DNA from: Takakia lepidozioides
Taxonomy: Eukaryota; Plantae; Bryophyta
Length of the DNA stretch: 64,000 nucleotides
Reading direction: 5' to 3'
Assembly (NCBI GenBank): GCA_030704615.1
Contig: CM060731.1
Coordinates: 68,944,001 to 69,008,000 of the forward strand
Position numbers and translations under genes: made by a program. Positions 1-13,092 of the stretch are shown piece by piece (within the stretch, counting starts at the first letter, position 1; every line of letters starts with the position of its first letter). The notes beneath the pieces are model-generated. The model searched no databases. It saw only the letters and a list, made by a program, of their open reading frames with translations, and was not told the DNA's origin.

Positions 1-420
1 AATCAATGAGGGCATTCCTGACGTAGCATCTGACTCACACACAGATTTGATAATGTAGGCATGGACCCACTTGCCCTGTTCCAGGGATGCTTCACACCCT
101 CTCTTTGCATTTGTCGAAAGAGTTTGAAAGCCTCCTCACCATGACCACTATGTGCACATCCTCCAATCATCGCAGTCCATGAGACCACATCTCGCTTAGG
201 CATTCTGTCAAACACATTGAGTGCATCCATCACACTCCTGCACTTGCAATACATACTGACAAGGGCATTCCTGAGTCCAATATCTGACTCAAATTCAGCT
301 TTGATGATGCTGGCTGTTTGCCACGTTCTAAAGCCTCCGGGCCAGCACAAGCGTTGAGGACAATAATAAAAGAGACAATATCTGCCTTCATGCCTTCTCT
401 TTGCATGCGCTGAAAGAGTT
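1..420 (-). pseudogene. PLS-class PPR protein fragment (continues off window)
   Basis: ORF 3..455 contains S- and P-type PPR motifs (RNALVSMYCKCRSVMDALNVFDRMPKRD-VVSWTAMIGGCAHSGHGEEAFKLFRQMQREGVK). It is frameshifted on both sides. Confidence 0.85.
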
Positions 421-461
421 AAAAAGACCATGACCATGCTGAGCAGATCCTGCAATCATAG

Positions 462-2045
462 CCCTTCATCATTCTTCTCACCTTTGCAGTATTATCCCAC
501 CTACCAGCTGCAGCATAGATGTTTGATAGCAACACATAAGTCGTGGCATCCTAGTGTTCATCCCATTTGAGGATAGATGTTGCCGCACGTTCAGCCATCC
601 ACATTGCCATGGATTCTGCAGGCACGAAGCAAGGCCTTCCACACCACAACGTCTGGATTGATTGGCATCTTATTAATCAGATCCACTACCTCATCCAGTT
701 GTCCCGCACGTCCAAGAAGGTCCACCATACAGCCAAAGTGCTTTACTGTCGAAGTGACACCATGATCTTGATTTCCTTCATTCAGTAGGCCAGAGTGGCT
801 GCATGCAGAGAGAACACATATAAAGGTGATTTGTCCGGCTTCAAGCCATTCTTTTACATTCCCTCAAATAGTTGCAGGACCTCCCTATGACACCATGCTG
901 GGCATATCCTGCGAACATCGCGTTCCACGACACCACATTTCGTTCAGCCATATTGTCGAACACTCCCTTCGCATCCTCAATGCACCCACATTTGGCATAC
1001 ATGTCCACTAGGGCAGTGTACAATTCCAGCTTTGACGATGTCACCATGGACCTCTTTTCCCTTTTCCAGGGCTGCCAGGCTTGCACAGGCATTGCAAACG
1101 GAAACAAACGTGATGCGGTCGGGCTTCACCCCTTCCCCCATCATTTGCTCATAGGTCTCCAAAGCCTCCATCCCGCGCCCTTGCTGTGCATACCCTGCAA
1201 TCATCGCACTCCACGACACCAAATCTCGTTCAGCCATACTGTCAAACACTCCCTCCGCATCCTCGATGCACCCACATTTTGCATACGTGCCCACGAGGAT
1301 ATCGTTCAGAATCACATCTGGTACAATTCCAGCTTTTGCGATACAACCATGCACTCTTTGCCCTTTTCTAGGGCTGCCAGGCTTGCAAACGCACAGATGT
1401 GATGTGGTTGGGCTTCACCCCTTCCACCATCATCTGCTCACACGTCTCCAAAGCCTCCATCCCGCGCCCCTGCTGTGTATGCCCTGCAAGCATCGCGTTC
1501 CATGACACACCACATTTCATTCAGCCATATTGTTGAACACTGCCTTCGCATCCTCGATGCTCCCACATTTGGCATACATGTCCACGAGGGCATTGTTCAG
1601 AATGACATCGGGTACAATTCCAGCTCTGACGATGTCGCCGTGGGCCTCTTTGCCCTTTTCCAGAGCTCCAAGGCTTGCAAACGCACACAAACGTGATGTG
1701 GTTGGGCTTCACCCCTTCCCCCATCATTTGTTCATAGGTCTCCAAAGCCTGCACCCCACGTCCCTGCTGTGCATACCCTGCAAGCATTGCGCTCCACGAC
1801 ACCACATCTCGTTCAGCCTGCATATTGTTGAAAACTGCCTTTGCATCCTTAATGCACCCACATTTGGCATACATGTCCACCAGGGCAGTGTTCAGAATGA
1901 CATCCGGTACAATTCCAGTTTTGACGAGGTCATCATGGACCTCTTTCCCCTTTTCTAGGGCTCCCAGGCTTGCATACGCATTGCAAATGCAACCAAACGT
2001 GATGTGGTTGGGCTTCACCCCTTCGCGCATCATTTGCTCATATGC
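462..2045 (-). pseudogene. PLS-E class PPR pseudogene
   Basis: Repeated P-L-S triplets in ORFs 841..1107, 977..1354 and 1521..2033, which lie in different frames. The E domain at ~462-740 (MVDLLGRAGQLDE...PINPDVVVWKALL...LSNIYAAAGRWD) closely resembles 4740-5010. Confidence 0.9.
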
Positions 2046-2639
2046 CTGTACCTCTGTTTACCAACTTTGAAAGTCTCGAGGCTGAGCCAAACGCCTAGGC
2101 CCTTTTGGGGCCTAGTTATTGGGCAAACCACACACAGCAGGTTGATGCTTGTGTAAAGGGATTTCTAGAGGATATCTGGAAAACCCGGATCAATTGTTTA
2201 AACTGGGTGCGGAGTCAATGGCCACAAGGCTACGGCAAACAACGTCTTAGGAATACTCTCTCTATCTCTCCCTCCAGACGAGAGGAATTCAAGGTCGGAT
2301 GGTTGGGTCAGCGGAACAGGCATTTACCTTTTTGCCTCGATTGTCCCACCATTAACATGGGTCAGAAAAGTATTCATTCCACAGCTTCTCGTCTCTGTTA
2401 CCTATTTCTGGATACTTTCCTATTGTCACATTGGCAGTATCATGTCAGTCACTCCAAACTATCAAAGGTTTAGTCAACCAGCTAACTTGCAGAATTCAAC
2501 ATGAAAATTTAGGGCTGATTCTGATAACAGGCATCTCAGGGCCGAGTCTGATGAGAGGCAAAAACAGGCTGAAATAGGTCGAAGAAGAGGGTGCCGTCAC
2601 CATATTGCGTGAAACCCCTCCGCGCTCAAGGATGCCGGG

Positions 2640-3070
2640 TGGCTCAATTCTGGCTTTGATAATATCAGCATGGATCTTTTTGCCCTTTTCCAGGTCTGCT
2701 AGGCTGGCACATGCATCGAGAATGGAAGTGAATGTGACTTTGTCCGGTACCCACCCTTCCCATATCATTTGCTCATAGGTCTCCAAGGCCTCCTGACCAC
2801 ACCCTTGCTGAGCATATCCTGCAATCATCGCACTCCATGAAACCACATCTCGTCCAGCCATATTGACGAAAACTCGACGGGCCTCCTTCATGCTCCCGCA
2901 CTTGGCATAGATGGCAGCAAGGGCAGCCTCTAGAATGATATCTGGTGCAATTCCAGCTTTCATAATGTCAGCTTGGACCTGTTTCCCTTTTCCAGGGCAC
3001 CTATGCTGGCACACGCCTCTGAGAGCAAAAACGAACGTGATCTTGGTGGGCGTCACCCCTTCACGTACCA
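2640..3070 (-). pseudogene. PLS-class PPR fragment
   Basis: ORF 2496..3071 encodes L-S-P-L motifs (IILEAALAAIYAKCGSMKEARRVF...[16 protein letters not shown]) and then runs into unrelated sequence. Confidence 0.85.
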
Positions 3071-3510
3071 TTGGTCAAAGGTTCCACAACTGTCTTCCAG
3101 GATGTTTAGAGTCGGAGAATCCTCCAGAACTTCAGAATCCAACCCTTGCATAGTGGCAAATGAAGTCCCTTGGGGTGACTTATGGCAGCCAGTATTGCTG
3201 GAATTGGTGTAGGTCAGGGATTGATACACCAAGAAAGCTTGATCTTCATCCTTCCCAAACAAGAAGTTATATGTTGGACAACTGCCAGTTCATAAGAATC
3301 CTTGTTAGTAACACAACTTGGCAATGAAATAACCAGAAAGGAAGACGGTAGATAGTGTGTACAAACACCACTAAGTACACTGGAAAAGGAAGAGTGGGAA
3401 GATATTCATGTCATGTCAAGACATGGACAAGACCCATTAGGGTCATCTGGCATTACCTGACTACAGACACAAGCAACACTGAGAACCACCACGGTGCAGC
3501 TGAGCAGAAA

Positions 3511-3770
3511 GAGATTGAAACACGGCGTAAGACCAAGCTGACTCTTCCAAGAACCTTGTAAATGCAATCAAGGACGCGGGGGCATCATCTATCCGGGTTT
3601 TTTTCCCAGTTATTTTCGGGCAGACTGGGCAGGGCCCAAAGAAATTGACGACGTACGAAATATAGCTTCGACAGGTGGCGACGAAACGTGGCGACAATGA
3701 CGTGGCACTATGGCACCCTATTCCTGCTCTACGCTAAACTAGCTCTCGACCTTCGGTCATCGCTAGAACT
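3511..3770 (+). repeat. Non-coding block duplicated in inverted orientation at 14655-15126
   Basis: The 48-nt core ATGACGTGGCACTATGGCACCCTATTCCTGCTCTACGCTAAACTAGCT (3697-3744) is the exact reverse complement of 14679-14726. 3511-3563 matches the reverse complement of ~15069-15126. The block contains a TGACGTGGC G-box/Hex-type motif and a GACC-TTC-GGTC hairpin. Confidence 0.9.
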
Positions 3771-4407
3771 AGGGCTTCGTGTTGCTCCGCACTACTAGCG
3801 ACGAATTCTGAGAACTATGTTCAATTTTTCACAAAAAAAAAAGGTGGGTCATCCCCACGGTGTTACATGTAGAGATCCCATGTTTTGTTTTTTTCTGGAA
3901 GAAAAATGGCGGATCCGCATTTCAACATTCAATTTTCACAAGCCACATCAATCAATAACAACATACCCAAATACCCTTACATTCACTGTATGAACTTTCA
4001 AGCATCCACCTTGGGATTGGATCTTGGTGGGTTAAGGCTAGCATTTGACAATATTCATGCAAGTTCATCAAGGGCTCTATCCAAAGCCACACCACGAGAA
4101 ACAAACAAACATGTCCAAATTTAAGATGCTGAACAAACTTGTGCACAGGGCTGTCCCTCTCATCAAGCTCATTAAAATTCGTATTCACTTCCATCTTCAA
4201 GCTTTGGAGAAGCTCCACCACCCAAACCCAGAATTAGGACAGCACCAGAATCAGTAAAAAATCACCCCTTCAGTCAAGTGCAATTGTGGGCTGATTTCCC
4301 ACCTATGCCGGGTAGACCCCACTATTAGGAAATGGTGGATGGTCTGAGTAGCTACACAGATCAATGAATGAAGCAAGACACTAGCATCTTTCCAAGAAAA
4401 CATCCTT

Positions 4408-7400
4408 TCACCAGTAATCACCACAAGAACAAATCCCATCTTCAAAGTGGTGGAAAGTAGTTAGCGTCCCAATCTTTGAGATGAATTTGGTGGAGGTGTG
4501 GCAGTATCCACACACTTGAAGATTCTTGATGAGTCGTGTTGATCAGCCCAAAACCAATGGCCAACTTCTCACTGTGGTGGCAAACAGAAAATTCTTTTCC
4601 TCCACATCATGCAGTAAAAAGCGTGTGTCAAGCACATACCCCGCCTCCATCTTCTCCCCAGACAATCTTCTCAGCTTAGCATGGATTTCCTTAATTCTGG
4701 GATGCAACTTGTCATCTGGCTCCTTTCTAACCCCTCTGACCTTCATCATTCTTCTCACCTTTGCAGTATCATCCCACCTGCCAGCTGCAGCATAGATATT
4801 TGATATAGCACCACATAAGTCGCGGCATCCTGTTCATCCCACTTGAGGATAGATGTTGCCACACATTCAGCCATCTCCACATTGCCATGGATTCTGCAGG
4901 CACCAAGCACGGCCTTCCACACCACAACATCTGGATTGATTGGCATTTTATTAATCAGGTCCACTGCCTCATCTAGTTGTCCCGCACGTCCAAGAAGGTC
5001 CATCATGCAGCCAAAGTGCTATACTGTCGGAGTGACACCATGATCTTCACTCAGGGAATCGAAGTAGCATCTACCTTCATTCAGAAGGCCAGTGTGGCTG
5101 CATGCAAAGAGAACACATACTGCTTCAAGCCGTTCTTTTGCATTCCTTCAAATAGTTGCAGGACCTCCCTATGACAACCATGTTGTGCATATCCTGCGAT
5201 CATTGCATTCCACGACACCACATCTCATTCAACCATATTGTCGAACACTCCTTTTGCATCCTCCATGCACCCACATTTGGCATACATGTCCACCAGGGCA
5301 GTGTTCAGGATGACATCTAGTACAAATCTAGTTTTGACGATGTCACCATGGACCTCTTCCCCCTTTTCCAGGGCTCCTAGGCTTGGACACGCATTGCAAA
5401 CGCAAACAAATGTGTTGCGGTTGGGCTTCACCCCTTCGCACATCAATTGCTCATAGGTCTCCAAAGCCTCCATCCCGCATCCTTGTTGTGCATATCCTGC
5501 AATCATCGCATTCCACAACACCACATCTCATTCAGCCATACTATCAAACACTCCCTTTGCATCCTCGATGCACTCACATTTGACATACATGTCCAGCAGG
5601 GCAGTGTTCAGGATGACATCTAGTACAAATCCAGCTTTGACGATTCACATGCATGGACCTCATTGCACCTTTCCAAAGCTGTCAGGCTTGCACACGCATT
5701 GCAAATGCACACAAACGTTGCGGTTGGGCTTCACCCCCTCGCACATCAATTGCTCATAGGTCTCCAACGCGTCCATCACGCGCCCCTTGCTGTGCATATT
5801 CTGCAATCAGCGCCCTCCACGACACCACATCTCCTTCAGCCATACTGTCAAAAACTCCCTTTGCATCCTCGATGCACTCGCATTTGACATACATGTCCAA
5901 CAGGGTAGTGTTCAGAATGACATTGGGTACAATTCCAGATGTGACGATGTCACCATGGACCACTTTGCACCTTTCCAGAGCTGCCAGGCTTGCACATGCA
6001 TTGCAAATGCAAACAAACGTTATGCGGTCGGGCTTCACCCTTCCCCCATCATTTGCTCATAGGTCCGAGTCCCGCCCCTTGCTGTGCATATCCTGCAATC
6101 ATCGCCCTCCACGGCACCACATTTCTTTCAGCCATACTGTCGAAAACTCCCTTTGCATCCTCGATGCACTCACATTTGACATACATGTCCAGCAGGGCTG
6201 TGTTCAGGATGACATCTGGTACAAATCAGCTTTGACGATGTCACCATGGACCTCATTGCACCTTTCCAGGGCTGCCAGGCTTGCACACGCATTACAAATG
6301 CAAACAAACATCAACAAGCTTTTCCTCATCTATGTTATCTGTTTTTGGATACTTTCCTGCTGCCACATCGGCAATAACTTGTCAAAGTCACTCCTAACCA
6401 CCACAGATACACCCAACAAGCTAACTTACAGAATTCAATATGCATCTCAGGGCCGAGTCTGATGAGAGGGCAAAACAGGCAGATTCAGCCATATTGTTGA
6501 ACACTCCTTCCACATTTGGCATACATGTCCACAAGGGTATTGTTCATAATTACATTTGGTACATTTCCAGCTTTGACGGTGCAACCATGGACCTCTTTGC
6601 CCTTTTCCAGGGCTGCCAGGCTTGCACACACACACAAAAGTTATGTGGTCAGAAAAGTATTCATTCCATAGCTTCTCCTCATCCCTGTTACCTGTTTTTG
6701 GCTGCTTTCTTGTTGTGAGGGAAAAACTGGGTGAAATGTGTTGAAGAAGCTGCCTTGATTAGCAATGCCTGATTTTATCAATTGTGCCGCTACTTCTGCG
6801 GCTTCCAGTTGACCATCTACCCATGCAGGTTTCTTGTAGCTATCGATCCACATGGAATCACAGGTACTCTTGTGCTTGAAATCTGGCCTCTTGGATGAAT
6901 CTGGACCCACACTCTATCCCTGCTCCGAGCTAATGAGCTAACTGACAAAATCATAGGTAATCTTGTGCTTGAAATCTGGCCCTCTTGGATGCTTTTGTAC
7001 ACACACTCTAATAGGTCTCCAAAGCCTCCATCCCATGCCCCTGCTGTGCATACCCTGCAAGCATAGTGTTCCACGACACCACATTTCTTTCAACCACAGT
7101 GTTGAAAACTCCCTTTGCATCCTCGATCCACCCACATTTGGCATATGTCCATCAGGGCAGTGTTCAGGATGAATCTGGTGCAATTCCAGCTTTGACAATG
7201 TCACCATGGACCTCTTTCCCATTTTCCAGGACTCCCAAGTTTGCACACGCATTGCAACCTTGGTACAATTCCAGCTTTGATGATGTGACCATGCACCCTT
7301 TGCCCTTTTCCAGGGCTGCCAGGCTTGCACAAGCATTACAAATGCACACAAACGTGATGTGGTCGCGCTTCACCCCTTACCCATCATTTGCTCATAGGTC

Positions 7401-8010
7401 TCCAAGGCCTCCATCCCGCGCCCCTGCTGTGCATATCCTGCAAGCATGACATTCCATGCTACCAAATCTCATTCAATCATACTGTTGAACACTTCATCCG
7501 CATCTTTGATGCACCCACATTTGGCATACATGTCCATGAGGGTATTGTTCAGGATCACATCTGGTACAATTCCAGCTTTGGCGATGCAACCATGCACCTC
7601 TTGGCCCTTTTCCAGGGCTGCCAGGCTTGCACACGAACTGCAAACGCACACAAACGTGATTTGGCTTCACCCCTTCCCCCATCATTTGCTCATAGGTCTC
7701 CAAAGCCTCCATCCCACGCCCCTGCTGTGCATACCCCTGCAAGCATCGCGTTCCACGACACCACATCTTGTTCAGCCATGGTGTTGAAATTAACTCCCTT
7801 CGTATCCTTAATGCACCCACATTTGGCATGCATGTCCACCAGGGCAGTGTTCAGGATGACATCTGGTACAATAACAGTTTTGGCGATGTCACCACGGACC
7901 TCTTTCCCCTTTTCCAGAGCTCCCAGGCTTTGCACACGCACTGCAAACGCACACAAGCGTGATGTGGTCGGGCTTCACCCCTTCGCACATCAATTGCTCA
8001 TAGGTCTCCA
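4408..8010 (-). pseudogene. PLS-E-DYW PPR RNA-editing factor pseudogene(s)
   Basis: The minus strand reads [15 protein letters not shown] (stop at 4408-4410), [25 protein letters not shown] and GYVLDTRFLLHDVEE. The E domain is in ORF 4755..5006. Many frameshifted PLS triplets lie at 5100-8010, interrupted by non-PPR segments at ~6310-7000, so this is probably more than one gene copy. Confidence 0.92.
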
Positions 8011-8747
8011 AGTCCTCCAGAAAAGTAGACTTGGCTAGTGCGCTTGTCAGACATTGATTTCAGTCTAGAGAAAATTAAATATGTGATAACACTAGAGTAC
8101 CGTCACTATAACTTGCATTGGGGGAAGTGTGTGAAAGGGGAGGAAATTTAGACTACCTAACATGTTAGCATATAAGATGCACATGAGAAACAACAGTACT
8201 TGATCCATGGAAATTAGCAGTCCTGACCTCTAATTAGTAATGTCTTATGAAAGTATTGATGGAGTCTAACAAACAGCTTCAAATTCATAATGGGTGCCAG
8301 TAGTAGATCAGGCAGCCCATGGGTGTAATTTGAAGGGGTGCTTGCCCTTCATCGGCACTTTTCAAGTGTTTTATTTACACTTGCAGTGATTTCATCTGAA
8401 AGGCATGCAACTTGCAGTTTGGTCATTGAATAGAAGGCAAATGTTGAAATGCCCTTGAGAATGAGATATATATTTCATTGCTCTGTGCCAAGTTCACAGC
8501 AACAAACAAGTAGAGACACACTCCGCTATGATGAACCCTACTAGTTACAATTACTAACTTTGCAAGTGGGGGGACCATTGCATCCTAGAATTGCAAGCAC
8601 ATTGATTTCAAACGAACAACATCCTGAAAGGGAATTAGACATATGAGGCTATTCCATGCACGAGCGTGTACATTATTGGTCCCCCTCAGGGCCACTATGC
8701 TTAAATGTAAAAACTTAAGTACTAGCTATGCAAGTGACAGTGGAATA

Positions 8748-9532
8748 GGGCCAGTTTACACGAGGGCCCAGGCCCAAGACCAAGCTAGAAACAAGAAATC
8801 ATATTGGACAAGAGCATCTAATCGGGCCCAAGCGGTTTACACGAGGGTCCGGGCCCAAGACCAAGAAAATGACATGGCTACCTAGATGGCATGATTTATG
8901 GCGCCAAATTCTTGGGCCCAACCCAACAAAAGGAACGCTCATGGGATGCAGACCCAACTCTTTCCCCTGGGCCCAAGAAACCTAGCATTAAAATATATTT
9001 GTTTAAGCCTATCACAACCGTAGGATGGAAATAGGTCACAGATGGGGTTGTACGCAGATAGAGACTAGAGACACTCGACGGCCACCACACGACACAGGTG
9101 CTGCCATGTAGAATTATCACCCCTCTCTATCTTGGACCTTCTCTTTCCATGATGAAAGTCATCAACAATCTAGCATATTGCAATCGTTTATAATCGTTCA
9201 AGTTGCAATTCCAAAATGGTTATAATCATGTGCTTAAGGCCATGAAGAGGACCAAGGCCATATGAATATTATTACTTCTTGCTTCCATGGTTCAGAGATT
9301 CAAGATTTGATGGGAGTCATCGCGAAGTGAAGAACAGAGACAGTGGAGGGCGGGAGAGTGGCTGATATAGTGTAGGTTGGGCCTCAGGCTTGGGCCCAAT
9401 AGGTTTACACGGAGAGGGCCCAATTCCTTAGAAATTATATTGTAATCAGTTGATTCAGCCCAATTGTGGTCTCAAAAGGTGTAGTCTTGGGCCCATGATT
9501 TCTTGGGCCCACGCCCTCGTGTAAACTGACCC
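8748..9532. mobile_element. MITE, PIF/Harbinger (Tourist)-like, 785 bp
   Basis: 20-bp TIRs GGGCCAGTTTACACGAGGGC (8748-8767) and GCCCTCGTGTAAACTGACCC (9513-9532) with 1 mismatch. Flanks are ATA/TAA. There are multiple subterminal GGGCCCAAG repeats and no coding capacity. Confidence 0.75.
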
Positions 9533-10979
9533 TAACAATCCCATGGGCGCTATTTTCAAGCACTCCTGTAATATGCGGTCGGAGAGAGTATATATAGTAG
9601 TGCTTATAGCTCAAGGCCTCTCACTGGAAATCCTTACAATTCAAAGTGTACGCTCATCGATCGAGAGTATTCCAAACAAATGAGGTCCACGGTCCACAGT
9701 GTCAGCCCTACCTTTTTAGGCAAAAAAAAAGCTAGAAAGCACCAAAAAATGTTGGCCCGTGACACCCCTATACCAAAACCAGGGCCAAAAATAAAAAACT
9801 TCGCCACAAAGTGGCGGTTCCCTAGGCAATGGTGCCAAAAAGCTCAAGGGGAAACCCCCCCCCCCCCCCTTTACGCCTAAGAACTAGGGAGCAATGCGCC
9901 CTATATCCAAGGGCTGGCGCACCATCGCACCAAGAATCAGCATGATTTTGCCACGTACAGTACCTAAGTTATAGATCTCCACCGTCCGATCGCCAGCCAT
10001 TAGCAGGATGTCTAGAGGGGCAGCCCGTCGCCAGAGCTCCGTCCCCAAGAATGCTAGTGTCACATCCTTCACTCGCTGCGAGTTGTTGTCGCCAGGTTTT
10101 AGGGTGTTGTAAGTTTGTAAATTGTTATTTTTTTGTGAAGTTTGGAGCGGGACTTGAAGGGAGCTTCAATGCAAGGCGGCAGCATGCTGATGCATTACTG
10201 TTGCGGAGGAGAAGTGGTGGCCCGCGATGAAGGAAAAGTGACGGGGGGCGGCAGACAAAGTAGAACATTCACCCTCTACGCCCCCATTTCCTTTACTATG
10301 TGGTTTGTAGCTTTCAAGTCTTGGAATCTCTAAGGCGGATTTTGCATGGCAGACTGGCAGTGGCTGTACCTGGCAGCTATATGCTTATAACTTCGGCAAA
10401 TTAGGAGAGACTCAAAGGAAGACATTGTGCAATATGGATGTTGGGTTCTCGAGTTAGGCTTGCAATTAAAGAGGGTGGCTTCTGCTCAGTACTACCATTG
10501 CCCATTGTGTTGCGTGCCTTCTGTTCACCGTGTTATGTTTGCTTGGATGCTGCCATTTAGGGTTGTAACTTGTCAACAAAGGTCGTGGATGTTGTAGTGT
10601 AGCGAATTGCGCTTTCTATGGGGAATCTAGGCTTCATAAGTCTCAGGGCAATGTCGAAAACTACAGCTAAGCGCATGTCTGCGCATTCTTTCCTTGACAA
10701 ATACATGGTGAGCTCGAATATGGGCAATGCCCAGCCCCTGCGATTGATTTGTGATTCCATGTCTTTGTCTTCTGATGCTGAGGGACAGAGTACAATCAAA
10801 CCTGGATAACTGTTATGCTCCAAGAGTATAGAATGTATAACATTAGGCAATTGTATCAAATAACAGTAAAACAGGCTGAAATTTTATAATGTAACAATTA
10901 GAAATGTAACATTAAATGAGGTCAATCAGATACAAGATAACATTTACAGAGATGGCAGAAAATATGATACAATGTTTGT

Positions 10980-11660
10980 CTACCGGCAATTCGTCTGCTT
11001 AGCAAGATGCAATTCTTTCTCCATGGATAATCGCTTTGAAAGAGCAGCACCAGTATCGTAAGCCTGTTGTGCAAGATACAATTGAACCGTTTCTATAGCC
11101 CTTTTGACCTTATAGTAAGAGACTGAAGTTACATCCGAGGCTACTAATTCTTCTTCATCATCCTCTGGATTTTCTTCACTTGGTGTGACCAAATCCCATA
11201 TTTCTTTTGTCGGATCAAATGACTCAGTCAAATTGAATTCATCTTCAAACTCAACATATTCCAGAGCGTCCATTGGCGTAGTAGGCGAGTCAACGTCACG
11301 ATGGACCGAGAGGTCATGAGCAAACTGTTCTAATAACCTGTCAATCTCTGCAAGCTCAGCCTGGAGACCATGTACAAGTGAACGGTTACTCTCATCGCCA
11401 TTCAAATTGGGTAAGAAAAACAGGCCACAATGCCTCCAGTAATGCCTAATTGCGTCACAAGTTACAAACTCACACCATGCTTTCTCAAGCATTTACCACG
11501 GCTTGTTATACATCAATAGATGGGTCCCTATTATCCATCAAAGCCTCAATTTGGTGATTTATGAAAAGCCTCTTGTACTGAGCCTTAAAACTTTTGATGA
11601 TGTGCATCCATGGGCTGCCACTTTCTGGTATTGGGTAGTTGCAACGAAGAGTGGACCAAA
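10980..11660 (-). mobile_element. pogo/Tigger-like (DDE_1, Tc1/mariner superfamily) transposase remnant, C-terminal part
   Basis: Frameshifted translation LPNT..WQPMDA/IIKSFKAQYKRLFI...MLEKAWCEFVTCDAIRHYWRHCGL followed by an acidic tail. This matches the QP(L/M)DxGII..FK...AW..V...I...W...G pattern of DDE_1 transposases. Confidence 0.75.
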
Positions 11661-13091
11661 AAGTTGAAGATGTAGCCAACATAAAAGTACATAAGATAAA
11701 AATAAATAAAAATCGTGAAAAAAAACCAAAACATGGATTCACTTGCACTATATCATGTAGAACGTCTATTAGTGGGATACTGTCATTTCAAATGGGAAAA
11801 AGAAAGATGTTATGGAGGATATATGCCTTGACGTAATTACTGTTATCTATTCTAAAACAATCCCTAGTAGTTTAGGGCGATTGTAGCAGCACCCCCCCCC
11901 CCCCCCCCAGTGCTAAATCTAAACTGACGTGCCGTTTTCGGGTAGCTGCCCCCCGCCATTTTGCCGTTTTGCCATTTTCGCACTTCGCTCTCGCTCTCTC
12001 TTGCTTTGGCAGCGTCACGCTCTTGTGCTCCTTCTTTTTAGGTGTCTTTGGCGACTAGATCCTCTTTGTTTCCTGAAGGTCTTGTACTTTGGAGGCCTAG
12101 GGCCCTTCATCTGATACTAGAATGTCTCACCAAGACTAGGTCTGTGGAAGTTCTCACGCATGTCCTCATTGTGCAAAACAAAGAGACGTCCCCACCCACT
12201 GCCATAACCGAAATGGCCGCCCCCTTTATTTTTCTATGCCTCTCTGTTTGAACTTGGGCTGCAGGTTGCAGAAAACATGGCACCATCTTCAGATTCTGAA
12301 AATTTTCCAGGCTGGAAGCGACGGTGCCATAGTATTTGGCTGGACGCCCAGATTATCAAACTAGTTTACCACACTGTCCATCTCTCTTCCATTGCAACAA
12401 CACCCATCAATATTTTCTCCTCTGTACTTGCTGGCAGCATGGGTCTACGACCATACCTGCAGCACATTTCATATCATTTAATATCAGTTTTCAACCGGAT
12501 TCCATCAGTCATCAGTTGGATTTTCATCAGTACCAAAAGTTCAACAAAGGTGGGTTATTTTCAATCTTCCTGACAATGCTGCTCGGAAATATGAACAAAC
12601 CCTTACGAAGGAGATGATCTGGGGTATCCACGGAGGAAGCTCGACCTTCCCCCTCACTAAAGTTTAAATTTCCTGGACTTGTGGCAAAATTTGATTTGGT
12701 CAAGATGGCTGACATTTTAGCAACACCCCAGATCTTTGCACTTCTTGATAAACTGATCAAGACGAACCCCTTGCATTGCAACTCCTTCAGAGTTCCCCTT
12801 CATTCAAAACGAATTGATGCAATAGTACATTTTCCTTTGTGCGAAAATGTAGCAGGCTGCTGATGAAACTGTGGACCGTCGCATCCAAAAGAAGGCTGGA
12901 GATGAAGGAGCGAGGAAAAACGGCGAGGGAAAACGGGCAGGGGCAGGAACGACGGTTTAAAACTAACATTCTGCGCTAAAAATCTGCTATGCTAACATTT
13001 TGGTGCGGCCGGGGTACAACTAGTTGGAACGACAGTTAGGAAAACGGGCCTGCTACCGGCTTAGCAGGTCTGCTATGCTAGCAGCTCGCTG

Positions 13092-13092
<1 letters not shown>

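Noticed and set aside
4408-4760. U-to-C-type (DYW:KP/GRP) editing domain
   Set aside because: The remaining motifs (GY..DT..LHDVEE, HSEKLA, terminal DYW) look canonical, and the diagnostic N-terminal box is deleted, so there is no positive evidence.
462-8010. CRISPR-like or satellite array suggested by the ~300-bp periodicity; many plus-strand ORFs
   Set aside because: The periodicity is that of PLS PPR triplets, and the plus-strand ORFs are antisense shadows of PPR coding sequence.
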